Shown one piece after another: positions 1 to 7,805 of a stretch of DNA of 59,013 nt. The translations under genes and the position numbers were made by a program. Position 1 is the stretch's first letter. Every line of letters starts with the position of its first letter. This DNA comes from a virus (Duplodnaviria > Caudoviricetes), in IMG/VR virus record IMGVR_UViG_3300030329_002180, positions 1-59,013 of that record; one strand, given 5' to 3'. The notes beneath the pieces were generated by a model. The model did not search any database. It saw nothing but the letters and a program-made list of their open reading frames with translations, and was not told the origin of the DNA.

Positions 1-132
1 AGACTTTTTTGCTTTTAGCTTAGTCTGTATGACTGCTAATTTTTGATTTAATTCTTTCATAATTTGGTATATTTGGTCTATATATATAATTACACGTTTT
101 TATTTAAATTTACAATAGTACACTAATGTAAC

Positions 133-891
133 TTACAGGAAATCAAGTACTTGCGAGTGATCTACGTTCTCTATTAATTTATCTACAGCTTGCTTTTTTA
201 GCTGTGAAACTCTTACATAAGAACTACTACCTTTTATATCTAATTTTTTAGCTATTTCAATAGCTGAATGTTTATCACAATCAAGTCCGTAACTTAATCT
301 TAATACTTCTATTTCTTTATAAGATAAATGTTGTTTTATTAAAGACATTAAGTATATATTTAATATTTCCATATTATATGGTTCTGATTCATCTGGAATT
401 TGATATATAAAGTTTTCATCATCATCAACAGTAGCATCAATACTTAAAAATATAGAGTTAAAAAACATAGCAACCATTTTTTTATCTTTACCAAAATCTT
501 TTCTCATTTCATTATATATATGTTCTGGTATTCTCATATCTCCTCTATTTATATCAATACCTCTACGTATTGCTCCTCTTATTCTTTTAGAAAAGAAAGA
601 TTTTAATGTTTTTTCTTTATCATCAGATTCATATAACTTTTCCCAATCAATACGATCAACAGCTTTTGTTAATCCTGAACTTCCTTCTTGTATTAAATCC
701 ATTATACTCATTACACCTGATGCTTGTTGTGATGTAGCAAATTTTCTAGCTAAATTTTCTACAAGTGGTAAAAATATAGTTATTAATTCAGATCTTGTAT
801 AATCTTTATATTCTTTTTTATTAATACGTTTAATAGATTGCTCTACGTCGTTTTTATATTTAATATAATTCTGTATATTATAATGTTTCAT
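133..891 (-). CDS. Phage-encoded sigma70-family RNA polymerase sigma factor
   Basis: Region 2 motif LVENLARKF...MDLIQEGSSGLTKAVDRID...RIRGAIRRGI; region 4 HTH EIEVLRLSYGL...SAIEIAKKL...VRVSQLKKQAVDKL. Confidence 0.9.
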   Translation of the reverse strand: MKHYNIQNYIKYKNDVEQSIKRINKKEYKDYTRSELITIFLPLVENLARKFATSQQASGVMSIMDLIQEGSSGLTKAVDRIDWEKLYESDDKEKTLKSFFSKRIRGAIRRGIDINRGDMRIPEHIYNEMRKDFGKDKKMVAMFFNSIFLSIDATVDDDENFIYQIPDESEPYNMEILNIYLMSLIKQHLSYKEIEVLRLSYGLDCDKHSAIEIAKKLDIKGSSSYVRVSQLKKQAVDKLIENVDHSQVLDFL

Positions 892-896
892 TTTAT

Positions 897-932
897 TATT
901 ATCAATTTAAGTTAGTATTTAGTTAGTGGGGC
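897..932 (-). promoter_or_regulatory. Putative early promoter, copy 1 (CCCC..AACTAnnTAC-N11-GATAAT)
   Basis: Minus strand GCCCCACTAACTAAATAC-N11-GATAAT; GATAAT lies 6 nt before the sigma gene ATG. Confidence 0.7.
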
Positions 933-1031
933 TTATTTATCTTTTAATCTTATATGTATATAACTAAAAATACAATAACATAAAAAAACTAAACATGACC
1001 CAAATACAATATAGAATATTATTTTTTCCAT
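933..1031 (-). CDS. Small membrane protein, 32 aa (MEKIIFYIVFGSCLVFLCYCIFSYIHIRLKDK)
   Basis: Translated by hand; ATG overlaps the upstream stop (TAATG); single hydrophobic stretch. Confidence 0.55.
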   Translation of the reverse strand: MEKIIFYIVFGSCLVFLCYCIFSYIHIRLKDK

Positions 1032-1651
1032 TATAGTTGTTGGTTTAATAATTCTTTTTCTCGTTTTAATTCTGCACACATATTTCTATGTATTGTTCTA
1101 GTAGAACAGTCTAGTAATCCAGCTATTCTACCTATAGTAATCTTTTTACTTAATTCATTTAAATCTATCATACATTGATAAATATCATCTGGATGTACTT
1201 TCTTAGATCTACCTATTAATTCTCCTACGATACGTAACTTTTCTTCTTTACTAATTTTAGTAAATGGTTTAAATATAACTTTACGTAATTTATTCTTTGG
1301 TGGTCCATCTAAATCTAGCATACTAACCTCATATACTATTTTACGTAGGAGTTCTGCGTGTATAGCAAAACTCAAGAATCCATTAGGTTTGTAGCATATT
1401 ACTTCTGCTAATTTCATAAAGTCATCTTGATCAAGTTGTGGATTTAAATACCACAATACAAGCAAATGCCATTTAAGTGATTTATATGTAGTTATTTTTG
1501 CTGACGATCTAAATAGTTCATAACATTCATATGTACCATTTAAATAGAACATATATACTTCGTTATCTTGATCTGGTTTATCATTTATTGGAAATCTACG
1601 ATAAACGATACGATGATCATTTAGGTATTTGAGGTTTCTTGGGTGTGACAT
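1031..1651 (-). CDS. DNA-binding protein with C-terminal helix-turn-helix (possible replication initiator or regulator)
   Basis: C-terminal KITIGRIAGLLDCSTRTIHRNM is a typical HTH; start codon overlaps an inverted-repeat element. Confidence 0.6.
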   Translation of the reverse strand: MSHPRNLKYLNDHRIVYRRFPINDKPDQDNEVYMFYLNGTYECYELFRSSAKITTYKSLKWHLLVLWYLNPQLDQDDFMKLAEVICYKPNGFLSFAIHAELLRKIVYEVSMLDLDGPPKNKLRKVIFKPFTKISKEEKLRIVGELIGRSKKVHPDDIYQCMIDLNELSKKITIGRIAGLLDCSTRTIHRNMCAELKREKELLNQQL

Positions 1652-1689
1652 AAGCCTATTACTTATTTATATTAGGGGCTGTTGTCACA
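1644..1689. repeat. Spaced inverted-repeat element TGTGACA-N32-TGTCACA, copy 1
   Basis: tgtgaca 1644-1650 and tgtcaca 1683-1689; related copies at 8391 and 9131. Confidence 0.65.
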
Positions 1690-1793
1690 GTCCCCTTTGG
1701 TTTTAATGTTGCAATAATTATCCTTGTTTCGTTATCATTAGGATATTTAATTTTATTCCAATCATTTATTCTTTTTATTAATTGTTCTGTCAT
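1659..1793 (-). CDS. Hypothetical protein, 44 aa (MTEQLIKRINDWNKIKYPND...)
   Basis: Translated by hand; fills the gap between denV and the HTH gene. Confidence 0.4.
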   Translation of the reverse strand: MTEQLIKRINDWNKIKYPNDNETRIIIATLKPKGTVTTAPNINK

Positions 1794-2133
1794 GTATTCT
1801 TTGCTTTATTATTTTTATATCGTTATCTTGAACTTTATAATCATTCATTAATTCTTGTGGTATATTATCCCACGCACCTATATAATTCTGCACATTAAAC
1901 CCTCGTTTAATACATTCGTTATACAGGCTAATATATCTATTCTTAAGATATAATAGCTTATTATAAAAGAACTTAACATGACCAGTACCTAATTTAAACT
2001 TATCAGGTATACCATTCATATTATATTTACCTTTAGCAATACAATTTGGTATACGTTTTATTTCTCTATGTTCAGCTATTAAATGTTGATTGTTTAGTTC
2101 AATTGGTGGTATTCCCACATTTATTCTTGTCAT
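1762..2133 (-). CDS. denV: Pyrimidine-dimer DNA glycosylase / endonuclease V (T4 DenV family)
   Basis: MTRIN N-terminus with catalytic Thr2, QHLIAEHREIKRI with catalytic Glu, and FKLGTGHVKFFYNKLLYL match T4 endonuclease V. Confidence 0.92.
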   Translation of the reverse strand: MTRINVGIPPIELNNQHLIAEHREIKRIPNCIAKGKYNMNGIPDKFKLGTGHVKFFYNKLLYLKNRYISLYNECIKRGFNVQNYIGAWDNIPQELMNDYKVQDNDIKIIKQRIHDRTINKKNK

Positions 2134-2134
2134 A

Positions 2135-2251
2135 TTAAAACTTTTTAGATCTTACTGGTCTTCTAGTTTTTAAACTATTATTATTATTATGCATTTCTAC
2201 ATAAATCTTTTGTAATAATTCTACTATTACTTCAAATTGTTTTTCTGTCAT
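2135..2251 (-). CDS. Hypothetical protein, 38 aa
   Basis: Translated by hand (MTEKQFEVIVELLQKIYVEM...); tightly packed with neighbours. Confidence 0.45.
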   Translation of the reverse strand: MTEKQFEVIVELLQKIYVEMHNNNNSLKTRRPVRSKKF

Positions 2252-2355
2252 AATTCCTGTTCTTTTGCTAATTTAGTTAATAACTTAACAAGCTTTTGTA
2301 CCGCTTTAGTTAAGTCGCTAATGTCCTTATACATTTGTTGTTCATTTCTATTCAT
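2248..2355 (-). CDS. Hypothetical protein, 35 aa
   Basis: Translated by hand (MNRNEQQMYKDISDLTKAVQKLVKLL...); ATGA overlap with the next gene. Confidence 0.45.
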   Translation of the reverse strand: MNRNEQQMYKDISDLTKAVQKLVKLLTKLAKEQEL

Positions 2356-2557
2356 AATCTAATACTTTTCCAAATACTATTAATTCAATGTCACATTTTG
2401 TGTAACAATCTTTTTCAGTATAGTTTAATGCTCGATGTTGTATAGCATAATGTGGACTAGGATCTTCCATCGCCACATCATAATAGGCTATTGTCATACC
2501 TAACATGAAAGTAAATAACATTAAAGCTATTATTGATAATTTAGTTGTACTATTCAT
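2348..2557 (-). CDS. Hypothetical membrane protein
   Basis: N-terminal hydrophobic helix LSIIALMLFTFMLGMTIAY. Confidence 0.6.
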   Translation of the reverse strand: MNSTTKLSIIALMLFTFMLGMTIAYYDVAMEDPSPHYAIQHRALNYTEKDCYTKCDIELIVFGKVLDYE

Positions 2558-2559
2558 AA

Positions 2560-2847
2560 TTACATATTGTCTAATTCTTCTTGTATTTTATCTATTTTCT
2601 TTTTTATTTCCGCACATTTTTCATATTCTTCTTTTTCTTCAAACATATTCATTTGAGTCATTAGTTTAGCTAATTCACCTACTAATTCAGTTTCTCTATC
2701 AATAGGTTCTTTTTTCTTAAACTTTTGCTTTTGTATATTGTTGAATATATCAGAGGTACTTGTCTCATACCACATAGATAAGTTATTTATATTCATTAAT
2801 TTACCAACTATCATATTGGCTAACTTGTTTAATTCTTCGTCTGTCAT
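2560..2847 (-). CDS. Small protein with C-terminal UVR (UvrB/UvrC) coiled-coil motif
   Basis: QMNMFEEKEEYEKCAEIKKKIDKI fits the UVR consensus m..a...EdyE.AA.lRd.i. Confidence 0.6.
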   Translation of the reverse strand: MTDEELNKLANMIVGKLMNINNLSMWYETSTSDIFNNIQKQKFKKKEPIDRETELVGELAKLMTQMNMFEEKEEYEKCAEIKKKIDKIQEELDNM

Positions 2848-2852
2848 AATAT

Positions 2853-3461
2853 TTAATGTTTTAGTAATCCAACTTTGTTATTATTTTTATTAAACCACTT
2901 AGTAGCATACAAATCTATTTTTGAAGCGTCTAAATATCCAGCTTTTACTAACTCTTTGTGAGTAAAAAATATTTTAGTATGTCTATCTATTTGTCTATCT
3001 ACAAGATCAAATTGTTTACCACTATCAGAATATATAATATCATAATTTTCTGGTAAACTTATACTTTTTAACATTTGAATACAATTAGTATAACTATAAA
3101 ATCTTATATTAGGGTTTCTTTTAGCTATAGTCACCCATTTATACAAATATTTCTTAGAATAATAATCTCCAGAGTCATGAACTCTAACATAATCTGGTTT
3201 TTTCTTATCTAATTCAACTTGCATTATATCTACAAAATTTTTCTTTTTTGTTTCTAAATATCTTTGTTCGAAAGCTGGTTTTACATTGCTCCAAGTATAT
3301 GCTCCTTTCTTAGCATAACAAAAATCAACGCATTTATCAGCGAAAGGGCAAGTTAGTTTACCTGAAGCAGTTTTATAAGCTGGTATACCAAAGTTAAACA
3401 CTCTTAAATTTAGTTTTTTAGATGTCCTTTTTAGTTTTCTATTTTGTGTTAGTAGATTCAT
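2853..3461 (-). CDS. Gp88-like protein (radical-SAM-related, probable Fe-S cluster)
   Basis: TCPFADKCVDFCYA cysteine cluster, VRVHDSGDYY and FYSYT motifs typical of the phage Gp88 family. Confidence 0.7.
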   Translation of the reverse strand: MNLLTQNRKLKRTSKKLNLRVFNFGIPAYKTASGKLTCPFADKCVDFCYAKKGAYTWSNVKPAFEQRYLETKKKNFVDIMQVELDKKKPDYVRVHDSGDYYSKKYLYKWVTIAKRNPNIRFYSYTNCIQMLKSISLPENYDIIYSDSGKQFDLVDRQIDRHTKIFFTHKELVKAGYLDASKIDLYATKWFNKNNNKVGLLKH

Positions 3462-3825
3462 ATTTCTCTATTAATTGTTTTGGTGATCCTACAAATATAC
3501 AAGCGTCTTCATATTGTACTGGTTGACCACAAGTTTCACATTCATCTGGATAACTATCTACTTCAAATATACTTATATATGTTTCTTTACCTGGGGCTTG
3601 CCAAATGTAATATATATATTCTAAATCACCACGTTTTGTGTCTAATAATTCTATTTCCCATCCTGATATTTTTCCACAGGAGAACGATTCAGCTATATCT
3701 ATACCTAATCCTTCTGGATAACCGTCGCTGTGACAATAAAATTGCGCGTGTATAGCATTTGGATGCTCGTTAAATGATTGACCTGCTTCACGCGTAGCAA
3801 ATCGTATTTGTGCTCTTGTACTCAT
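3439..3825 (-). CDS. Conserved phage hypothetical protein (MSTR...YxHxDGYP type)
   Basis: MSTRAQI start, YCHSDGYPEGLG and EYIYYI motifs; CETC pair. Confidence 0.7.
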   Translation of the reverse strand: MSTRAQIRFATREAGQSFNEHPNAIHAQFYCHSDGYPEGLGIDIAESFSCGKISGWEIELLDTKRGDLEYIYYIWQAPGKETYISIFEVDSYPDECETCGQPVQYEDACIFVGSPKQLIEKYESTNTK

Positions 3826-3828
3826 AAT

Positions 3829-4083
3829 TTAATCTAATAATACCATATATGCTTCTGCGTTGTTTTTTCTAAACCAATCTAAACCTTTTCTAAGATCAGT
3901 TATCATACTACCGTGATGCATTCCCATTTCAGCCATTGTACTAGCACCTATTACAAAATCATACATAGATAATTCTACGTTATTTAATTTATATTCTTCT
4001 CCAGAAAATCTGTTCTGTACAGTGGCTCCGTCTTTATATACTTCACCATTAAACCATTTAGGTAATTCTTGTTTATTCTTCAT
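3829..4083 (-). CDS. Hypothetical protein
   Basis: ORF in a tightly packed early operon. Confidence 0.7.
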   Translation of the reverse strand: MKNKQELPKWFNGEVYKDGATVQNRFSGEEYKLNNVELSMYDFVIGASTMAEMGMHHGSMITDLRKGLDWFRKNNAEAYMVLLD

Positions 4084-4327
4084 ATTCTAAATATTTTTCA
4101 TTAATTGTTTCTATAATATATCTACCATTAGCAGTATGAAACCCATAGCTATGAGTTTGTAATGCATCAATTGGTCTATTTTCTAATAACAACCACATTA
4201 ACTCATATTCATCATGTACTAATTGTTGAGACATTTCTTCTATAGCAGACGCTAAAGCATCTACATCGTGAACAGGTTCACAACCTAATTCATTTTCTAT
4301 ATATTCTCTTACTTGTTCTCCCGTCAT
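4073..4327 (-). CDS. Hypothetical acidic protein
   Basis: Overlaps both neighbours. Confidence 0.7.
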   Translation of the reverse strand: MTGEQVREYIENELGCEPVHDVDALASAIEEMSQQLVHDEYELMWLLLENRPIDALQTHSYGFHTANGRYIIETINEKYLEYEE

Positions 4328-4566
4328 ACTTGGTATTCTTTTTGTAACAAGTAGTCTCCATAATAAAAATCTGTTCTACCATTTGGCCTTAATTCTTTTG
4401 GCAAAAATAGTATTAATTGATCTACTTGATCTATAGTTAAGTCTCTATAATTATCAATATCAGCTAATGAATATATAATTGCTTTATAACTAGCACTATA
4501 TTTTATTTCAGCATTTCTTTTTAATGCTTTTAAAACTTCTGGTTTTATTTTACTTATTAATCTCAT
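4324..4566 (-). CDS. Hypothetical protein
   Basis: ATGA overlap with the downstream gene. Confidence 0.7.
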   Translation of the reverse strand: MRLISKIKPEVLKALKRNAEIKYSASYKAIIYSLADIDNYRDLTIDQVDQLILFLPKELRPNGRTDFYYGDYLLQKEYQV

Positions 4567-4567
4567 A

Positions 4568-4981
4568 TTATACTATTTTTTCTGCTACAGTTTGTATATT
4601 AGAATTGATTTGATCTGCCGTTGGTTCATCTTCAGGACAATCAGCTTCTTTAAATAGTTTATATACAGCATTACATATTTTTTCCTGTAAATCATATGGG
4701 TCAAAACCTATATTACTTAAGCTAACTCTACCATCATAATCCAACTCATACTCAAGATCTTGATAGTTATCAACATCAGTAAAATCAAAGTCACTTAATA
4801 CTGACTCAATAGCTTCAGTAATTTGATCAAATACTACTGGCTCTAACTCTGGTTTATTATAGTCTACTAATTGTTTTTTAGTAACTGTTAATTGACTTTC
4901 ATAAGTACTAGCAAAGTCTTTATGCTCTTTGATCGCTTTTTCTAGACCTTCGATCTTGGTCATTAAATCCATTTTATTCAT
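4568..4981 (-). CDS. Hypothetical acidic protein with N-terminal coiled coil
   Basis: First gene after promoter copy 2; D/E-rich C-terminal half. Confidence 0.75.
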   Translation of the reverse strand: MNKMDLMTKIEGLEKAIKEHKDFASTYESQLTVTKKQLVDYNKPELEPVVFDQITEAIESVLSDFDFTDVDNYQDLEYELDYDGRVSLSNIGFDPYDLQEKICNAVYKLFKEADCPEDEPTADQINSNIQTVAEKIV

Positions 4982-5000
4982 TTTATTATATTTTATATTT

Positions 5001-5036
5001 ATATTATCCCAACTAATTTGTATTTAGTTAGGGGGT
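5001..5036 (-). promoter_or_regulatory. Putative early promoter, copy 2
   Basis: Minus strand CCCCCTAACTAAATAC-N11-GATAATATA. Confidence 0.7.
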
Positions 5037-5041
5037 TAATT

Positions 5042-5120
5042 GTAACTAGTGAGGAATCGAACCTCATACTCGTCAGTAGTCACGCGCTCGTGAAAACGTT
5101 TACGCTCCAAACCTAGTTTC
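5042..5120 (-). ncRNA. tRNA-like RNA without a canonical anticodon loop
   Basis: AACTAG/CTAGTT closing stem, GTTT-GGAGCGT-AAAC D-like arm, TCACG-AGCG-CGTGA arm with a 4-nt loop, TACT-GACG-AGTA arm, TGAGG-TTCGATT-CCTCA T arm. Confidence 0.7.
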
Positions 5121-5455
5121 CTGCTCCCAACAGCACAAATATGCTCGTATGTTTTTCGATCGAGTTACGATATCACACTCATACCCATATTTGCTATCGC
5201 TTAAGGAGCTAGTGTCATGCGAGTAAGATTGTTGTTTACTGGTCAATATCTAGCCTCTGTTATCAACATACACACCTCGCGCACACTATATATTACGAGG
5301 TCGGGCAGGTGTGGTTCTAGTATGGAGGGCTAAGAACCTCATACATACTTTTTGCTTTATCCTGCCGTTTGTACACAAAGTTTTATTCTATAGGAGATTT
5401 CGTAAAACGTCTATCCCAAACCTCTTTGTGTATCATTACCACCCTCACCTCGCAG
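5121..5455 (-). ncRNA. Putative structured non-coding RNA upstream of the tRNA-like element
   Basis: No long ORF, GC-richer than flanks, nested helices (TGCGAG/CTCGCA, TACACAAAG/CTTTGTGTA, GGCAGG/CCTGCC, CCTCG/CGAGG, GCTCC/GGAGC, CAAATATG/CATATTTG). Confidence 0.6.
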
Positions 5456-5494
5456 TAAATAAATAATAACTAATTACTTATAATGTGTATAGCA

Positions 5495-5641
5495 CTATTC
5501 GTTCTCATACCATACAGCATATACTTTTACTCCATTATGAGTTGTACATGCGTGTACTTTTTTCTTTATCTTTTGTTCCGTTAACTGGCTTTTGTCCCAG
5601 TATTTTGGATTCTTGCTGTTTAGCTTTCTCTTTTTGCTCAT
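5495..5641 (-). CDS. Small basic protein, 48 aa (MSKKRKLNSKNPKYWDK...VKVYAVWYENE)
   Basis: Translated by hand; same strand as the operon, directly upstream of the structured RNA. Confidence 0.55.
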   Translation of the reverse strand: MSKKRKLNSKNPKYWDKSQLTEQKIKKKVHACTTHNGVKVYAVWYENE

Positions 5642-5664
5642 ATAATTCTATATTTTTAAATAGT

Positions 5665-5856
5665 TTATCGTTCTGTTTTCCCATTATCTTTTATTATTAT
5701 ATCTACATTATTATCTTCGAAGCATAATCCTACTACTTCGCCTTCTTCTTTTTCTACTAATTTCATAAATTTAACTAAGTCAAATGCTCTGAAGTATATA
5801 CCACCACGAGCATTACCACCTTTAAATTCATCTAACCAAAATATTTTCTTATCCAT
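5665..5856 (-). CDS. Hypothetical protein
   Basis: ORF in early operon. Confidence 0.65.
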   Translation of the reverse strand: MDKKIFWLDEFKGGNARGGIYFRAFDLVKFMKLVEKEEGEVVGLCFEDNNVDIIIKDNGKTER

Positions 5857-5857
5857 A

Positions 5858-6484
5858 TTATATTATTTTATATCTTTCACCATTTACTATTACTGATAGA
5901 TTTTGTAATTGATTATTATCTTCCAACTCTTCAAGTTGAGCTTTATATCTATCTTTTACTTCTTGAACTCTTTCATTCTCATACTGTTTTTGCTCATGTA
6001 ACATATCATGACCATTCTTACAAGCGTTATCATACATCCATTCAGGTACAAATTTACCATCAGATACTTGATTAGCTTGCTTAATAAAGTAATTCTTAAT
6101 ACAATACTTCATCATATATTCTAATCTATCTATTTCTTTTGGTATCAACTTGCAAGTTTTAGTCTCACGCGTATAGTATTCGCCAGTTTCCTTTTGAATA
6201 TAATCACCATCATCACTCCAATAAGTTTTGTACTTAGGCCATTTTTCCGTTGTAATCTCTCTTTTATTTAGTTGATAAGGTGTATAGCAACCATTTTGTC
6301 GCCTTATATAACCCGCTTTAAAACTAGCTATTTCAATATAAGTTGCGTTCTTTTGGTTTCCTGGCCAGTTATTTTTTATTGGTAATCGCCATTGTACTGT
6401 ACCATTTTTACGTTGTCTATTTGTGGTAACGTCTTGAATACCAAGCAGTTCCATCTGTTCTATTATTTTTGATTCTCTCAACAT
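5858..6484 (-). CDS. Hypothetical protein
   Basis: 208-aa ORF with 1-nt gaps to both neighbours. Confidence 0.75.
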   Translation of the reverse strand: MLRESKIIEQMELLGIQDVTTNRQRKNGTVQWRLPIKNNWPGNQKNATYIEIASFKAGYIRRQNGCYTPYQLNKREITTEKWPKYKTYWSDDGDYIQKETGEYYTRETKTCKLIPKEIDRLEYMMKYCIKNYFIKQANQVSDGKFVPEWMYDNACKNGHDMLHEQKQYENERVQEVKDRYKAQLEELEDNNQLQNLSVIVNGERYKII

Positions 6485-6485
6485 A

Positions 6486-6701
6486 TTATTCTATTATATA
6501 AGTTAAACCCTTGTAGTTAAACCACTCATCTATTACAGATAGTCTAGCTACTACATCTCCATCTTCATTAGTTATTTCTTCTACCATTCCAAATTGATTT
6601 GGTAAGTCACAAATAGTGTAAGGTTTATAAATTACACCATTTAGTTTGATTTTCTGCAACCCAGTGGTTACATCTGCTTTTAAAAATTTAATTCCATTCA
6701 T
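6486..6701 (-). CDS. Hypothetical protein
   Basis: ORF in early operon. Confidence 0.65.
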   Translation of the reverse strand: MNGIKFLKADVTTGLQKIKLNGVIYKPYTICDLPNQFGMVEEITNEDGDVVARLSVIDEWFNYKGLTYIIE

Positions 6702-6729
6702 AATTAGTTATTTTTATTTGTTTATACTA

Positions 6730-6939
6730 TTATCCTAACATCGTGCCATAACCTCTGCGTTGAGTCAACCTAGCTATGCGAGCAGCGTCACTGCTTGACA
6801 TAATCTGTATGGAATTACCGGTTTTATGGTTAATTAGTGGTGCGCAACCGTATCGCTCGGTTGTAGAGCAGTTGACACACACTTTATAGCCAAGTTTGAC
6901 TCGCGGCATTGGTATTATATTTTTACATTTACATTTCAT
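6730..6939 (-). CDS. TraR/DksA-like C4 zinc-finger protein
   Basis: CKCKNIIPMPRVKLGYKVCVNCS resembles the C..C...Ip..R......C..C finger of TraR/DksA. Confidence 0.6.
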   Translation of the reverse strand: MKCKCKNIIPMPRVKLGYKVCVNCSTTERYGCAPLINHKTGNSIQIMSSSDAARIARLTQRRGYGTMLG

Positions 6940-6945
6940 ACAATT

Positions 6946-6981
6946 ATATTATCAATCTATTGTTGTAAACAGTTGTACGGC
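6946..6981 (-). promoter_or_regulatory. Putative early promoter, copy 3 (more divergent)
   Basis: Minus strand GCCGTACAACTGTTTAC-N11-GATAATATA; GATAAT 8 nt before the Zn-finger ATG. Confidence 0.6.
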
Positions 6982-7193
6982 TAGTTATTTATTTGACTTA
7001 TTGGATATGGAACACAAGTCACTCCTTCTACTATAATATTGTTACTTTTATGCGACATCCACTCACAATTAGTTAATCTATGACCAGAATGAGTTAAAAA
7101 CTCTTCTATTTCCTCGTGTCCAGCAGTTACACCAATCTCATATTGATATACTTTACCATCTTCAAAATCTAATACTGTTATATATTTGCTCAT
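6981..7193 (-). CDS. Hypothetical protein
   Basis: ORF in early operon. Confidence 0.65.
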   Translation of the reverse strand: MSKYITVLDFEDGKVYQYEIGVTAGHEEIEEFLTHSGHRLTNCEWMSHKSNNIIVEGVTCVPYPISQINN

Positions 7194-7204
7194 ATTTATT
7201 TATT

Positions 7205-7480
7205 TTAGTCTAATCCATCTCTATGGTTACCTCTACTATCGGTAAAGTGTAACCCTCCTTTTTTATCTAATTCTATGCAATTGTGTATAGCATTCGCGAG
7301 TAAGTCTTTTTTAGGTTTCACTTCATTCGCCCATATTTCTTCAGCTCTTTTCTCAATATCTTCTAAATAATCAAAATGTTTCCAATAACCTAAATGGTGC
7401 TCAGTTCCATAACTATCGATTACATATACACTATAAACTGTATTTCCTTGATATTTACTTATTTTTATTTGTCTACTCAT
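7205..7480 (-). CDS. Hypothetical protein
   Basis: ORF in early operon. Confidence 0.65.
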   Translation of the reverse strand: MSRQIKISKYQGNTVYSVYVIDSYGTEHHLGYWKHFDYLEDIEKRAEEIWANEVKPKKDLLANAIHNCIELDKKGGLHFTDSRGNHRDGLD

Positions 7481-7492
7481 AATTTTTCTAAT

Positions 7493-7687
7493 TTAATTTA
7501 TAAATTCCCACACTTTTGAGTGTACAAAATCAGGATAGTTATCGTTTACTTTGTCTAACATTTCGTCACTCATCGGTTCACCGTTATAGTTTGCCTCTGA
7601 TATAAAAGCGTCACAATATTTTGGATAATCATAGTGATTAATACCATCCACTTCTAATACTTCTATCTTTTTTAAATCTATTCTCAT
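7493..7687 (-). CDS. Conserved phage hypothetical protein (DGI...DYP.Y.DAFI..A...G type)
   Basis: EVDGINHYDYPKYCDAFISEANYNGEPMSDEMLD. Confidence 0.7.
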   Translation of the reverse strand: MRIDLKKIEVLEVDGINHYDYPKYCDAFISEANYNGEPMSDEMLDKVNDNYPDFVHSKVWEFIN

Positions 7688-7736
7688 AATTTTATTCTAT
7701 TATATAATTCTTTTATTACTAATTCAGTTTGTATTT

Positions 7737-7793
7737 TAGTGGTAGTGTGAGAATCGAACTCACATACTACGTTAGTATTACCATTTACTACCT
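7737..7793 (-). ncRNA. Minimal tRNA-like RNA (about 55 nt)
   Basis: GGTAGT-AAATGGTA-ATACT AACGT AGTAT-GTGAG TTCGATT CTCAC-ACTACC: 6-bp closing stem, GG-containing linker, one hairpin and a perfect T arm. Confidence 0.7.
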
Positions 7794-7805
7794 ATCAACC
7801 AACTA

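Noticed and set aside
1644-1689. CRP/FNR binding site
   Set aside because: The half-sites are separated by more than 30 nt, not the 6 nt of TGTGA-N6-TCACA.
5042-5120. Canonical tRNA gene (also considered for 7737-7793)
   Set aside because: No 7-nt anticodon loop, only a 6-bp acceptor-like stem and non-standard spacing; kept as tRNA-like ncRNA instead.
5042-5455. tmRNA or RNase P RNA
   Set aside because: The acceptor-like stem closes locally, there is no GGGG 5' end with a G-U alanine identity pair, no evident tag reading frame and no GAGGAAAGUCC motif. A covariance search is still needed to exclude this formally.
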